DNA of 64,000 nucleotides, from contig OZ024756.1 of assembly GCA_964016885.1 (NCBI GenBank), forward strand, positions 30,876,001-30,940,000, written 5' to 3'. This DNA is from Eledone cirrhosa. Lineage: Eukaryota. How positions within the stretch are numbered: position 1 is the first letter of the stretch; each line of letters starts with the position of its first letter. A program made the translations under genes and the position numbers. Below the pieces are notes generated by a model, which worked only from the letters and a program-made list of their open reading frames with translations, did not search any database and was not told where the DNA came from. Of the stretch, positions 1-15,840 are shown piece by piece.

Positions 1-177
1 TGAATAAACTGGTGCAACCTGAAATGTAATGTTTCCTTGAAGACCTACACATACTATGTTGTTGTTGTTGTTGTTACAGCCCACACCTATGCAGTTTAGC
101 TGGCCTCCTCCAAGGTATATCTCGTTGGGGGTGCCTTGGATGATTCAATGATAGGGACCCCAGTCCTATCATCTCAT

Positions 178-317
178 TTCTACATCTCAGTAAACTGGAA
201 CAACGTGAAATAAAGTGTTTTGCCAAAGGAAACAACACATCACTCGGTCCGAGAATTGAACTAACAACCTTTCGATTGCTAGCCCAATGCTCTAACCACT
301 AAGCCATGCGCCTTCAC
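178..317 (-). mobile_element. tRNA-derived SINE (family F), head plus body
   Basis: Minus strand reads gtgaaggcgcaTGGCTTAGTGGttagagc...AGTTCAATTCTcgg (A/B-box-like), then tgtgttgtttcctttggcaaaacactttatttcacgttg, a body shared with 401-587. Confidence 0.75.
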
Positions 318-400
318 TCTGCTGAAAACATACTATGGTCGTGTGTCAAAGACGCTAACAATAATTCCACGCACCTCCTGAAGTCTGTTTTAAGCCAGAA

Positions 401-587
401 GTCTCGTTAAGAACAGTATTTATCCAGGTTTCATGGAGTGAAGCGACTGAGAATAAAAGACTTCCCGCTGGACAGGATGCCAGTCCATCGCAGGGTTAAT
501 TCTCCAGCTATCACTGGTACTCATTTTCAGCAGAGTATACTGGAGCAACGTGAAATGAAATGTTTTGCTCAAGAACACAACACCCAC
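401..587 (-). mobile_element. SINE family F body fragment
   Basis: ctggagcaacgtgaaatgaaatgttttgctcaagaacacaacac matches the body of the 178-317 copy. Confidence 0.65.
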
Positions 588-814
588 TAAATACTGAGAT
601 GAAAATATTATTACATCCATACATATTCCTTATATTACTGTGACTGTTTTTTTTGTTTTGTTTTTTTTTCATTTAGAGAATCAGTTATCCTAAATATTCG
701 ACGTTCGCACTCAATGGAATCACCATGCATCTTGTTCTTCATGTGTACGAGACACATAAATGCTAGTGACATACGACGTTGATAGGTATTCATTGCACGA
801 ATGAATCACACTAT

Positions 815-893
815 AGCAACCCACTTAGGAATCGAATCCACGACATTATGATCGTATGTCAAACATCCTTACCACTAGGACACGAACCTCCAC
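815..893 (-). mobile_element. tRNA-like SINE head, diverged
   Basis: Minus strand gtggaggttcgtgtcctagtggtaaggatgtttgacatacgatcataatgtcgtggattcgattcc is similar to the plus-strand head at 63854-63945. Confidence 0.6.
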
Positions 894-1225
894 TCCATCA
901 AAAATAAAAAACACAAATCAGCATCGTTTTGGTTTAATATAAGCTGGGTGATTATAACATATATCAAATCATTTGCCATTAGATCTCATATCCTTTTTAT
1001 ATTGTATATATAATTATGTCCTTTTTACGACTCAAAAATAGAGACACATTTCAAAATATTGATTTCTTACCATATATTATCGATTTAATATTCTATACAA
1101 TTATCCTCCTGTGTAGCTTTAGATAGTAATTCATCAAAATTATCATCTCTGTTTGTATATCATATGGTTGATGATAACTAAATAAAATATAGGTCACGTA
1201 TTAACTACTCCAGCCTCCGTCATTA

Positions 1226-1329
<104 letters not shown>

Positions 1330-1487
1330 TGTAAAATAAAACAAGGTTGATTGGTTACTCTTTCATTATGTGTATTGGTGACGTGCGTTTCGCCACTGAT
1401 CAGCTCAAGGTTCGATCTGCATCGATCTAGCCCGACTCTGTAGTTACACCCATGTTACACTCCCTGGATATATATATATATATATAT

Positions 1488-1920
1488 GGATCTAAGTAAA
1501 ATATGGGTGGATGTGAAAAAGGAAAAGTTTGCTCTTACAATCAGGGGAGATAGTATTGAGTAATAGAGCATATTACATCGTCAAATGAAGGCCATATATT
1601 GTTGGTGTATATAGGTCGAGATTTGGGATCGTAGAATCTTCATAGATTATAGCATCTCTGGTACTTTGTTGAAGTGTGGCAGTTTTAGACAGCATGTGCT
1701 ATTACTAGGAGTGTGTGCACACCTTGATAGTGAATTGACTGCCTGAAACTAGCTGATAGGTACTGGGTAACCATTTTCAATTCAACAAGGACTCTTTGGA
1801 GTCTTTTATATTTGTCATTAGGTTCGCTGAATTCAGCTCAAGAGGTCTCCTTACAAATGTAGGCCATTTTGGCTCTGCAGTGTAGGAAAAAATCGTGCTG
1901 CGCAAATACGTCTCTTGAAG
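1488..1920 (-). pseudogene. Highly decayed Penelope-like RT C-terminal/linker remnant (tentative)
   Basis: Minus-strand broken frames give LQRVLVE..ENGYPVP and CLKLPHFNKVPEML, resembling PLE NGYP and LKLPY motifs. It abuts a (TA)n tract and has many disruptions. Confidence 0.35.
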
Positions 1921-1926
1921 CATCAT

Positions 1927-2170
1927 TAGAGGGTCGGACGCCGTGCTTTACAGCATAGTTACGTCCCTTTACGATCTGAGTTCAAATCCCGCCGAGGTTG
2001 ACTTTGCCTTTCATCCTTACGGGGTCGATAAAATAAAGTACCAGTAATGCACTGGGTAATTGGTGGCCTTGTGCCTAAAGTAGAAACAATTATTATATCG
2101 ATAAAATAAAGTACCAGTAATGCACTGGTTATTTGCTGGCCTTGTGCCAAAAGTAGAAACAATTATTATA
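1927..2170 (+). mobile_element. SINE family A, 5'-truncated, with tandem duplication of its 3' ~65 nt
   Basis: B box gagttcaaatccc, body ctttgcctttcatccttacggggtcgataaaataaagtaccag, tail gtagaaacaattatt. The segment tcgataaaataaagtacc...gtagaaacaattatta occurs twice. Confidence 0.85.
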
Positions 2171-2179
2171 TAATCTAGG

Positions 2180-2375
2180 GTTGTGGATTGGCAGTATCGG
2201 TAGAGAAACCGACGCCATGTTTCGCAGCATAGAGTTATGACCATTTACGGTCTGAGTTCAAATCCTGTCGAGGTTAACTTTGCCTTTCATCCTTACGGAG
2301 TCTATAAAATAAAGTACCAGTAATGCACTGGGTTAATTGCTGGCCTTGTGCCAAAAGTAAAAACAATTATTATAC
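2180..2375 (+). mobile_element. SINE family A, full length, inserted in the tail of the previous copy
   Basis: A box tggcagtatcgg and B box gagttcaaatcc. Flanking near-identical repeats aattattatataatctag (2161-2178) and aattattatacaatctag (2366-2383) form a TSD. Confidence 0.85.
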
Positions 2376-3244
2376 AATCTAGTGTACATACATCCTCTTC
2401 TTTGGGATTCTTTGTATTATCTGCGTAATGAAATTACATCTACACATACACACACACACATCTATATCTGATTGTGTGTATGTATGTATGTATTTGTGTT
2501 TGTATACGCTTGTGAGCGTGTGTGTGTATGAATATATAAATGGTTGACCAAGTTGGATTCTATGTGATGGCAGCATGGATAACAGAAGGAAGAATTTGGC
2601 TATAGGGAGGACCCTGGAAACCCTGATATTCCCAAGTTGCATCAATTCAACATGGCACAGCTGGAGGAATCGTCCAGTTCCTCAATGGACAGATGGCTAT
2701 GGATGTGTGTCGCAGTGAAGTATCTATATACATTAAAATATACTTACAGGGTTCATAGTTTATCTTGCGTAAGAATATTACGACGGTGCCACTAGAAGAT
2801 GACTGGCAATTGAGAGACCAAGGAAAGAAAACATTTACGTATATCTGTTGGGATGTCTGCTTTTGTTTTGTTTTTTTGTTTTCTTTATCTATATTGGACA
2901 TAATATTTATAGACAGAAACCGAAAAACTTATCTTTCAATCTATATTTTTAAAATATATAAGCGAAAATACGTAAATTCAAAATTTATTACTCTGTATTC
3001 ATTTTCATTTATTATATTGGTGCTTATAAAAATATCATTAGATAAGCGGCGCATAAAACAATATATGTATATATATATATATTTGTGTATATATATATAT
3101 ATATATATATATAAATATATATGTCTATATAGATGGTTTATATAGCTATCTAGATCATCGTGATATTGCATACACAGTCTCATTCATTTCACACTCATTT
3201 ACGTGTATATATTTAAACACCATCCATATATATTTATATATATT

Positions 3245-3306
<62 letters not shown>

Positions 3307-3351
3307 TATAATATATATATACATATATATATATAATATACATACGCACAC

Positions 3352-3398
<47 letters not shown>

Positions 3399-3532
3399 TA
3401 TACATGGCGGCATGGATGGTGCTGAAATGAATATATAGATAGATACATTTCAATAATCATACATACACATACATCCATCCATCCATACATACATACATGC
3501 ATACATACATACATGCATACATACATACATAC

Positions 3533-4138
3533 ATGGTGGCTGCCAACTCGTTTTCGAGTACGGCCACTACTTTATATCCATGTAGGAGAACCCCTACCGA
3601 AGCGCTGCATGAGTGTGACTTTTTAGTCCAGCCAGCGACTTGAAAACTCTGGTACAAACACTACACTTGTGACAATTATTGACACATAGTGCTGGGCCCA
3701 TGGTACCATGTGAGGACAAGTGCAGAGAGATCTCCAGATATAAAGCAATGCCTGTGCCGTGAAGCTTTTATAGTGAGCAAAGGCACTGCACAAAGCCAGT
3801 CCCACTCTCTTAACCAAGATGATATTTACCAAAAAGAAGAACAAGTCAACATCATTGGATACCATCAAGGTTGCAGGTGTTATATCAGAGTTTTCCTTCT
3901 CCTAGAATTCTGCCTTGACAAAGGCTAAGGGGTCATCTCTCCCGGTGATTTTGGATGGCCATTGACTCTTAAGAGCTCCTTTGCCCTTTGACAGGTTTTG
4001 TTTTTAGTCCTGCAGGATGTCCAAAGTCACCCTCCTCACCAAGAAACCTTGGTGGGGTTGCCAGTTTAGTCGCCAACGACCCGACCATGAGACAGGTTGT
4101 ACTGGGATACATGTTACCAGTAGCACCAACTGGTGACC
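3533..4138 (-). mobile_element. RTE-like non-autonomous element (family E) in (CATA)n
   Basis: Closely similar to 37534-38081. The minus strand contains ctaggagaaggaaaactctg, a motif I recall from RTE 5' UTRs, and ends gcagccaccatg-(TATG)n. There is no coding capacity. Confidence 0.7.
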
Positions 4139-4432
4139 ATACATACATACATACATACATACATACATACATGCATACATACATACATACATACATACAT
4201 ACATACATAGGTTTCTGATACACTCCAATTTTAAATTTATGTATAAATATATTCGATATACAAGACATTTCTCCGATAAGATCAGTACTACACAAAGTTA
4301 TTTGAATATTAAATACTAGAGAAAATTGTGTTTAGATAATTTCAACATATATACCCTCCCATCGGTTTTATTTAAATTCATGTATCACAGCATTATATGT
4401 ACTCACATACACACATATTTATAGATACTGAT

Positions 4433-4465
<33 letters not shown>

Positions 4466-4492
4466 CACAAATATATATATGTATATATATAT

Positions 4493-4594
<102 letters not shown>

Positions 4595-4685
4595 GCAGGA
4601 TATCCGTAGATAAATGATCAAGAAAAAACATGCTCAATCTAATGTAACAGAGCTTATATATGTATATATATACATACATATATAT

Positions 4686-4731
<46 letters not shown>

Positions 4732-4733
<2 letters not shown>

Positions 4734-4829
4734 CGAAGGAAATGTGGTAAGGAACCAGGTGGACCATAACGCACCAAAGTACTCAATACTTAGGGTAGTA
4801 GAGTGGGTAATAGGAACAAGTAAGACCGA
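4732..4829 (-). mobile_element. Family B 3'-terminal fragment in (TA)n
   Basis: aacgaaggaaatgtggtaaggaaccaggtggaccataacgcacc... recurs at 26011 and 44950, and in reverse at 56450-56530. Both flanks are (TA)n. Confidence 0.8.
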
Positions 4830-4845
4830 TATATATATATGTATG

Positions 4846-4929
<84 letters not shown>

Positions 4930-5534
4930 ATATGTGTGTGTGTGTATGTATATATATATATATATACATACACACATATATATATATATAAACAGAGAGA
5001 GGGAGAGCGAGAGAGAGAGAAAGAGAGAGAGAGAGAATGTGGGAGAGAACACGAAGGAGAAAGTGTGGTTTGGGTATTGCCGTTTGACACATATTTCTTT
5101 AGTTCTAATGTGTGCATTTTTTAGTAATTATACAATACATAGCGGATCTTATATCTGGTCCGTTTATCTCTACTTTGTTTCGATAAAATCGGTTATTTCT
5201 ACATGAACTTCTTTCGGCTGTTAGTGCGGTTGTGTGTCCCGTATAAACGTGTCCTCCGTGTTAGGAGTTATACACTAGGTCATATTCTAACACTTTTGGT
5301 TTAAAATTATCCGGAACAACTATTGGTAACTTATCAAATGTTATTATCAAGCAGTACATCAACAGTGACCCGAGTAATTTAAATTCATGCGATTCGTCCA
5401 CATGAGTTATTTCCCTTAAATAACCTTCTATAAATAGAACCTCATATACATCTTCACATACACCCAGTTGACAAATAATACCGATCTCTCTTTTTCACTG
5501 GCTCTCCTTGGATATATATATATATATATATATA

Positions 5535-5600
<66 letters not shown>

Positions 5601-5629
5601 TATATATATATATATATATTAATATATAT

Positions 5630-7297
<1,668 letters not shown>

Positions 7298-7806
7298 TAT
7301 ATATATATATATACATGTGTGTTTGTGAACATATAAAAATCGATATATGCATACACACACCGATACGCACGTACCCAAACATAGATATAGACACCTCCCT
7401 ATATATATATGTATATATATGTGTGTGTCTGTACAATCGCATGTACAATAACACACTCACTTGATTGTTTTTGATTTTCTTTGTCAGAATAAATTTGCAT
7501 TTGCGTCAATTTTGTCGAAAGCTGTAGACAATAAAAGTAGAATTTATAGTATGTGTTCTTTTTATATGGTAACTGTAAGGTATAAATGCCACAATCTGAC
7601 CACCATTTTTTCTTTACACTTGGAATATATTTACTCCTTTTTTTTCCTTATTTTTCTTTATATTTCTTTTTTTTATTTATTAGAGTGTGTTTGGTTGAAT
7701 AAAATGCGTCTAAGTGTGGAATTATCTCGAAAAAAAATATTGTCAATAACAAAAAAACAAGGAGAAAGAAAACAACAACAACAGCAAAAACAATAATAAT
7801 AATGAC

Positions 7807-7865
<59 letters not shown>

Positions 7866-7946
7866 GAATGAAAACCCCAAACTAACCGTATTGTTTGGTT
7901 TCCTGCGCAAGAACAAAATTTCCATATGCATTCTCTTATATTTTAG

Positions 7947-8008
<62 letters not shown>

Positions 8009-8264
8009 GTTCTGTAAGAGCATAGAGTGCTCAACCGGCATAACGCCTATGGAAGCATCTTAGCTACCATCAGGCACACACATATATATATATTTATATA
8101 TATATTGTTAACTTTTTTTTAAAGCAAAAGTAGAAAATGAAATAAAGCACATTTTAGTGACGTTGTTGGTGATGTAGTGTTACAGGGTGACTTTCTACTG
8201 TGTATGGGTCATTATGTTTTAGTACGATTTATGTTTTGTTTGTATTTGTGTGTCGATATGTGTG

Positions 8265-8305
<41 letters not shown>

Positions 8306-9698
8306 GAGTGTGTGTGTGTGTGAGAGCATATATAATGTCTTTAAGACATCCATACCCAACTGAATGGACCATTCATTCCCTTCTGCTTATCCGCCATTAT
8401 TAGTTATATTCTTAGAGTTACAAACTACGAACTGCAAGCAATGAGCTTACGAATTTACAGAAATACGCCATTTTGAATTTCATTATTTCTCCTTCTCTGT
8501 GGTGAGGTGAGAGATACAAGACAAGCAATAATGTGTAACAAGCATCACATTGCACGAGGACAACGTTGATGTTGCAAACCCTTGCCAAGCCATTTATTAT
8601 CCTTTATGTTCGCCTCGGAACTCTTCAACTGACAGCAAACATATGAATTGAGTATTTCGATCTTTTGTCATTTTACTTAACCTAACCTCTCTCCTATCTC
8701 TCTGTTCCTCCTTCCCTCATCTTCTCCCCTGTTCGTTCCTTTTAGATGGAAGCTTTCTTTTCCGTATTATTCAAAACTGTGAGAGCTGGCAGTCAGTTGG
8801 GGATTTGTGCATTTTATGGTAAATAGATCTTCGTTGCGGCTGTGAAGTATTGTGGTCATTGTTAAACAGTGCATTCAACAATGAATGTTCTCCATATTTA
8901 TTTCAATCTTCTCTTCTCTGCCAGTATTTTCCTCTTCCTAATTATTATGTGCCAGCTAATAGCGTTAGTTAAACGATGTGCTCTCGACTCTCCTACCGCT
9001 CAGTTATTTGTCGATCTCTACATTGGCCATATTTTGTCTATATAAACATATCACGAGATAACGAATGAAACACTACGTTATTTGTCAGCATGCTAGAAAT
9101 AGCTGCCAAAATAAAGCTAATTTATTCAACTATACACTAACATCCTCTATGTGGACTTACATGATATAATCTGGAATTTTATTATTCCTGAGAAATACAG
9201 AAAAAAATATTCAAATGCCTTTTACTATAAGTTTACTCGAGCATAGTCAACGGTAAATGTCTCTCACATCATCATGACTAAACAGATGTTAAACAAAAAT
9301 AAATAGATGTCTATTATATGACAGGTGGTTGTTGTTGCTGTTTATGTTGTTTTTGTTTTTGTTGTTCTTGTTTAAAACATGATTTGTTGTAACCAAACAG
9401 AAATTCTAGCCATGACTTCCAATACTTGAGAGAACAGAACTTAGAATATGATATAAAATATTTGATTTTAGGTAGATTCAGTTCTTGCTGAAATGTTTAT
9501 ACTTGAATATATGTGTGTATGTATGTGGTTATATGTGTGTTCCTGGATGTGCGCGTGTATATGTGAGAGGGGTGCATATAATAAGAGAAACGCGGGCAAC
9601 AGACTGACTGAACGATCATCGTTTCCGACTAAGTACAGACATTGTTTGACTTGACACAACCAACACTTGTTATCATGGAAAACAGATGGTAATGAAAT

Positions 9699-9749
<51 letters not shown>

Positions 9750-9794
9750 CACACACATACACACACACACGTATATATATATATATATATATAT

Positions 9795-9903
9795 AATTTA
9801 AAATGTGTGCAGTAAAAAAACTGTTAGGTAGTTACACTTCAGAGTACCAGATACTTGGTAGTATAAAAGAGTCGGTACCCCGCGGCTGAGCTCTTGCCGT
9901 TTG
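9795..9903 (-). mobile_element. Family B-related fragment with degenerate HHR 3' half
   Basis: agagtaccagatacttggtag...accccgcggctgagctcttgccgttt resembles family B agagtactcaatacttagggtag...accccgacggcagagctcaagccgttt. Confidence 0.55.
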
Positions 9904-9928
9904 AACACACATACGCACACAGACACAT

Positions 9929-9962
<34 letters not shown>

Positions 9963-9982
9963 ATTATATATATGAGTATATA

Positions 9983-10015
<33 letters not shown>

Positions 10016-10016
<1 letters not shown>

Positions 10017-10185
10017 ATTGTTTCTACTTTAGGCACAAGGCCACCAATTACCCAGTACATTACTGGTACTTTATTTTATCGACCCCGTAAGGATGAAAGG
10101 CAAAGATAACCTCGTCGGGATTTGAACTCAGACTGTAAAGGGACGTAATTATGCTAGAAAGCATGGCGTCCAACCCTCTACCATT
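10016..10185 (-). mobile_element. SINE family A
   Basis: Reverse complement of the family A body and B box (ggatttgaactc). Confidence 0.85.
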
Positions 10186-10565
10186 ACTACCATAATAAAA
10201 ACCAAATATTTACGATAAATTCAGCAAGTACTTGCCAAACAATAAATACAATCCAATATAATTATGAAAATAAAATTACAATGGTCATTAGGAAATTTAT
10301 TAGGACTAATAAATTAAATAAAAAAAATCATTGTTATTGATTTCCTGTGCAATTAAATATTAACGTTGCTGGTACAGCAGTAATTTTATACTAATTTGCA
10401 CAATAAAACAGGTAATTTACCAAAATTTACCTACTTCAAGTATACAGTAACAGATACAGACGTGAATACACATATATACGTACCGCTTGTATTTCCCCGC
10501 ATACACATAGTCATAGGATCATACACGCACACAAGTAGACACACACACACACACTTATCTATCTA

Positions 10566-10642
<77 letters not shown>

Positions 10643-11200
10643 ATGAGTTCAAATCTCAGGCGATCATTTAATTTACAATGAAATAGCTCGAAGAAAGAAT
10701 TATTTCTGAGCCGTGTAATATAGGTTAACACAAATCACAAATATTTATGATGTATTATCTTAAGTCATGATAGGCAAACTGTAATATTATTATTAGTATA
10801 TTTCTATCTAGCTAACTTGGTCATTTACAATACAAACATAAATATGAAGATATTTGTGTTTATCAAATATATTGATTTGTGTTAACCTATATATATATAT
10901 CCCAAATTAAGATAAATTAAATGAATTCAATCTAAATCGAAATTGTGGGTGTCATGCCTTAACGGAATGCGCCATATCGCCCGGAAAATAAGCTCAAAGA
11001 CTTTGTAGGTGCGAGCATTTTATAATAACTGAAATATATTCAGGGAAGATTAATCATTAAAAGGTATCTATTTTTGAAGTTCTAGTTAACTTTATCTATT
11101 TGTTACCTACTAGCCATGCGTGGTTACACGCTTGTAACAATTATCTCCTGTGATTATTCATGTTTATATTTATTTATATATATGTTGATCAATTCCTAGT

Positions 11201-11234
<34 letters not shown>

Positions 11235-11236
<2 letters not shown>

Positions 11237-11634
11237 CGTTTCTGAATTTGTTTAGCAAGATTCTTTATCTAAAAACGTGTGTTGAAAGCGATATTGTTAT
11301 ACTTTGGGACAAATACAAACAAATAAAGACACACACAGACACCCGGATGTAACACATGCGCAAACTAAGCACACAACACACACAAAAACAAGATGGCGTA
11401 GGACAGAACAAAGGAGAGGCACAAAACAAAGAAAAGAAGCCCAGTCACAGAATGTGTGACGAAACAACTTTGACAATATATGAACAACCGTCCGGTTGTG
11501 GAACCAACCAACCAACCGGAAATTTATAAATTTAAAAAGAAAAAAAGAATTTTTGATTTTTTTTTGTTTATAAATTGTAGTGAAAGTAACTGGTGCGTGT
11601 GTTTCTTATTGGCAACATGACCCTCCCAAAGTAT

Positions 11635-11642
<8 letters not shown>
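11235..11642 (+). mobile_element. Family C Penelope-like terminal repeat with inverted 3' tail
   Basis: Homologous to 38615-39065 (reverse) and 40604-40925. Internal inverted repeat atattgttatactttggga / tcccaaagtataacaatat; flanked by (TA)n; HHR core deleted. Confidence 0.8.
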
Positions 11643-11670
<28 letters not shown>

Positions 11671-11744
11671 GTGTGTTTGTATCTAGTATCTTCAGTTCGA
11701 TAAAAGAGTTCTCATGAACATGAGAACGACTCACACATTCGCGT

Positions 11745-11806
<62 letters not shown>

Positions 11807-12482
11807 GTGTGTGTGTGTGTGAATGTGTGAGTTTATATAAGTACACGCACACACACATACACTCACACTCGTATACACATACATTCATTCAACCATATAT
11901 GCATGAATACATACATACATACATGCATGAATACATATTCTGTTTTTTTGTTAAATCACCAAGGATAACGATCAATGGGAGGTCGAAGTTGGGTTCATAG
12001 GATCCACAGTTGACCTTGAGCCAATCGACTGCGAAACGTACGTAACACGTCAATTATCAATAAAAGATGTACACCAAACTTCATCGCTCTTTACACACAC
12101 ACACACACATACATACACACACAGACACACACACACATACACACACATACACACACACACAGATACATGCACACATATATATTTTGGCAGTAAATATAAA
12201 TTTAATGTACAAGCTTCAAAATATACTACCTTCGATATTACAATAAAAAAGTGTGCTATTCTGCACCGTCCCTGTATAAGAGAAAAATATGTTTATTCAT
12301 ATGAACATTATGTATATGTTATCTATATACAACCCCGGTTATATATATATATATAATATATAAATATATTTATATTTTATTACGCATACATTCTGTCTCT
12401 ATTAACCATGAAATGTATAATGTACTGGTTGTTCAGATATTTATTTATTTAATGTACATTTCAACTGTTTAAAACAGGATTT

Positions 12483-12533
<51 letters not shown>

Positions 12534-12676
12534 CATATATATGTATATGTATACATACATAAATCTATATATGTACATACACATATATAAACATACATAT
12601 GCATACATACATACATACATACATACATACACACACACACATATACATACATACACACACACACACATATACATAT

Positions 12677-12727
<51 letters not shown>

Positions 12728-13262
12728 GTTTTAAAGGTCTATGGATCGAACACTTTACACAAACGTGTCAACAAATTGTAATATATTTCCAATAAATCAA
12801 TGAATGAATCAATGAACAAGTACGCATTTATGAATGCGTATATATGTGTGTGCATGTGTTCACGTCTGCACGTGTGTGTGTCTATGTGTTTGTTTGTATG
12901 TGCGTGTGTTTTTGCGTATATGTGTCTGTGTGTGTGTGTCTGTGTATGTTTGCTTATATATTTCAGTGTGTGTGCGTAGTTAGATAGGTAGAGGATGGTA
13001 GTGACGTGATAGAGAAGTTTATGACATGAGTTGGCACATATATTCCGAAGAGCAGGTGTAGATTCCTGATATCAATAAACATGTCGTAAATCACAATTAG
13101 ATCCTATCGATAATCTATCAGTTCTTTGATACATCCGTTAACGTGTTGCTGTATAGGTTCTTTGATCTTTCACTTTCGATATTCGCATCTGATTACCAAT
13201 CAGTTGACAAAAGTACAAAGTTCGAAGCGACTGACAATCACTCTACGTCATATACATTGAGA

Positions 13263-13393
13263 AATAATTGTTTCTACTTTAGGTATAAGGCCAGCAATTA
13301 TCCAGTGCATTACTGGTACTTTATTTTATCGACCCCGTAAGGATGAAAGGCAAAGTTAACCTCGGCGGGATTTGAACTCAGATCATAAAGGGA
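13263..13393 (-). mobile_element. SINE family A, 5'-truncated
   Basis: Reverse-complement body and B box. Confidence 0.85.
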
Positions 13394-13592
13394 GATCACC
13401 AGTATACATGTGTATATGTGTAATGAAATGTGGGATTGAGAGTTTTTCTTTGCTACAACGATTGCCATCTGGTTCTAAGATCGCTACGCGTCAGTGCAGT
13501 GGTCCGGGAGTTTCGTTAGAGCAGATGGTACCTTCTACCACAGATGTCCTATACAAACATCCTCATCGTTATGAAGCTGCTATAGACGACTA

Positions 13593-14168
13593 ATCAAATA
13601 ATAATAACATTATAATAATTGTTGCTACTTTTGGCACAGGGCCAGCAATTATCCCACTGTATTACTGGTACTTTATTTTATCGAACCCGTAAGGATGAAA
13701 TTTCAAAGTTAACCTCGGCGGAATTTGAAATCAGAATGGCAAGGGCCGAAACTCTATGCGTCAAAGCATGGCGTCCGACCCTCTACCGATACTGCCAATG
13801 CACCGCCCTTTATAATAATACTATTATAATAATACTATTTATATTCGATTCGTTTGCAAGCAAACAGCCTCATACGACATGTCTTTTAGACGACTGTCAT
13901 TTTGTTCTAGTTGTAGTAGCATTGAAATAAAATCAATAATTATTTCAGAATCAATGGACTTTGTCAAGAGTCATAGTGTAGAGCAGAAAAGGAGATACAC
14001 AATCTTAACAGAGGGAAATAACCCTGAAAAAATTGTCAAATATTTCTTTTAGCTACCGCTAGAACAAATTGATGACGACAGTCGTCTAAAAGACATGACG
14101 TTTGAGACTGTTTGCTTGCAAACGAATCGAATATAAATAGTATTATAATAATGTTACTATTATTTGAT
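13593..14168. repeat. Long inverted repeat (arms ~13822-13920 and ~14050-14150, extending past the SINE)
   Basis: atactatttatattcgattcgtttgcaagcaaacag...gtcttttagacgactgtc versus gacagtcgtctaaaagac...ctgtttgcttgcaaacgaatcgaatataaatagtat. Confidence 0.85.
13616..13811 (-). mobile_element. SINE family A, full length, inserted in the left arm of an inverted repeat
   Basis: Complete reverse-complement copy flanked by attataataat-like repeats. Confidence 0.85.
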
Positions 14169-14305
14169 ATAAAACTTACGAAGCATTTACATATTGGGTA
14201 TGTTAGAGCAAAAACAAATGTTGTTTATATATATATATATATATATAACCATATATATATATATATAATAAAATGTTATATAGACACACACACATAAACA
14301 CACAC

Positions 14306-14365
<60 letters not shown>

Positions 14366-14529
14366 ATGTATGTACATATAAATGTACATGTGTATATATA
14401 TACACATATATATATATATGTAAATATATATATATGTATATATATGTATATATATATGTATGTAAGTATGTAAATATATATATATATATGTATATATATA
14501 TATTTATATATGTATATCTGTATATATGC

Positions 14530-14605
<76 letters not shown>

Positions 14606-15053
14606 TATATTTTTGTTCTTATTGGTGTTAATACTCATGTCGTAATTAGTATTGTTTTTGTTGTTGCTAGTATTGTCATAATGCCAAAATCTCTACCCGG
14701 TTCTATCGTTTTCCTTATAATCTATTTCTTGGCAAAGATACACATTAATTACAGATATACATTAATTGCAGCATTTAATTGTAAATAATGCTTTCTGATT
14801 TGGTAAACGATCACATTCTTACACTCACATATATATATATATATATACTGTATATATATATATATATATATATATACTGTATATATATATATACACAACC
14901 AAACAGCGTTAACAATACTGATACTATTATATATATACAGTATATATATATATATATATATATGCGGGCGTGAGTACGCATGTATGTGAGTCTATATATA
15001 TATATAATTATATATATATATTTATATATACATATGCATATATATCATATGTT

Positions 15054-15306
<253 letters not shown>

Positions 15307-15840
15307 TTGAAGAGAACGGGAAAAAACCAAAGTACTCAACAATAAATTGGTTGAAAGAAAGATTTGTTTTATTCATATAGAAATTACTTCTACGGTACTA
15401 GGACTCTTTCGTTCGTTTGAAATCACCAGGAATCTAGATGTAAGTGCAAGTGTAGTTGCATAATTTTCATTTGATAGCCATAGGTGACGGTCGAATCTTA
15501 GAAGTAGGGACAAAAAGAAATGTTAGTTGTTACTGGATAAGTGGGATCGAAGTAAAATGATTATGTTAATAACGTTAAATCTGTGGGCTAGTTAATCGGG
15601 TTGAAATGTCTATGTGTGATGGTGGTCTCCTGTAAGTAAGATGACGTTCAAAGCGTTTCAATGTCTATACAAAGGTAATTCCTGTCAGTTGGCAAACAAT
15701 ATATTCCAAATATTCAGAGGTAAATATATATATCATAAGGATTATACACTCCTGTATATGAACTTCATCTTATTTAAATAATATCAGCTCAGTGTGAAGA
15801 GTAATGATTTCCTATGTTTATTTGCTTTATCCTGTACCTG

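Noticed and set aside
3689-3928. 79-aa ORF duplicated at 37690-37929
   Set aside because: It lies antisense within repeat family E, so the conservation reflects repeat identity. There is no recognisable domain.
8330-9060. Unique stretch as a possible host exon
   Set aside because: There is no sustained ORF or convincing splice pair. Small exons cannot be excluded without transcript data.
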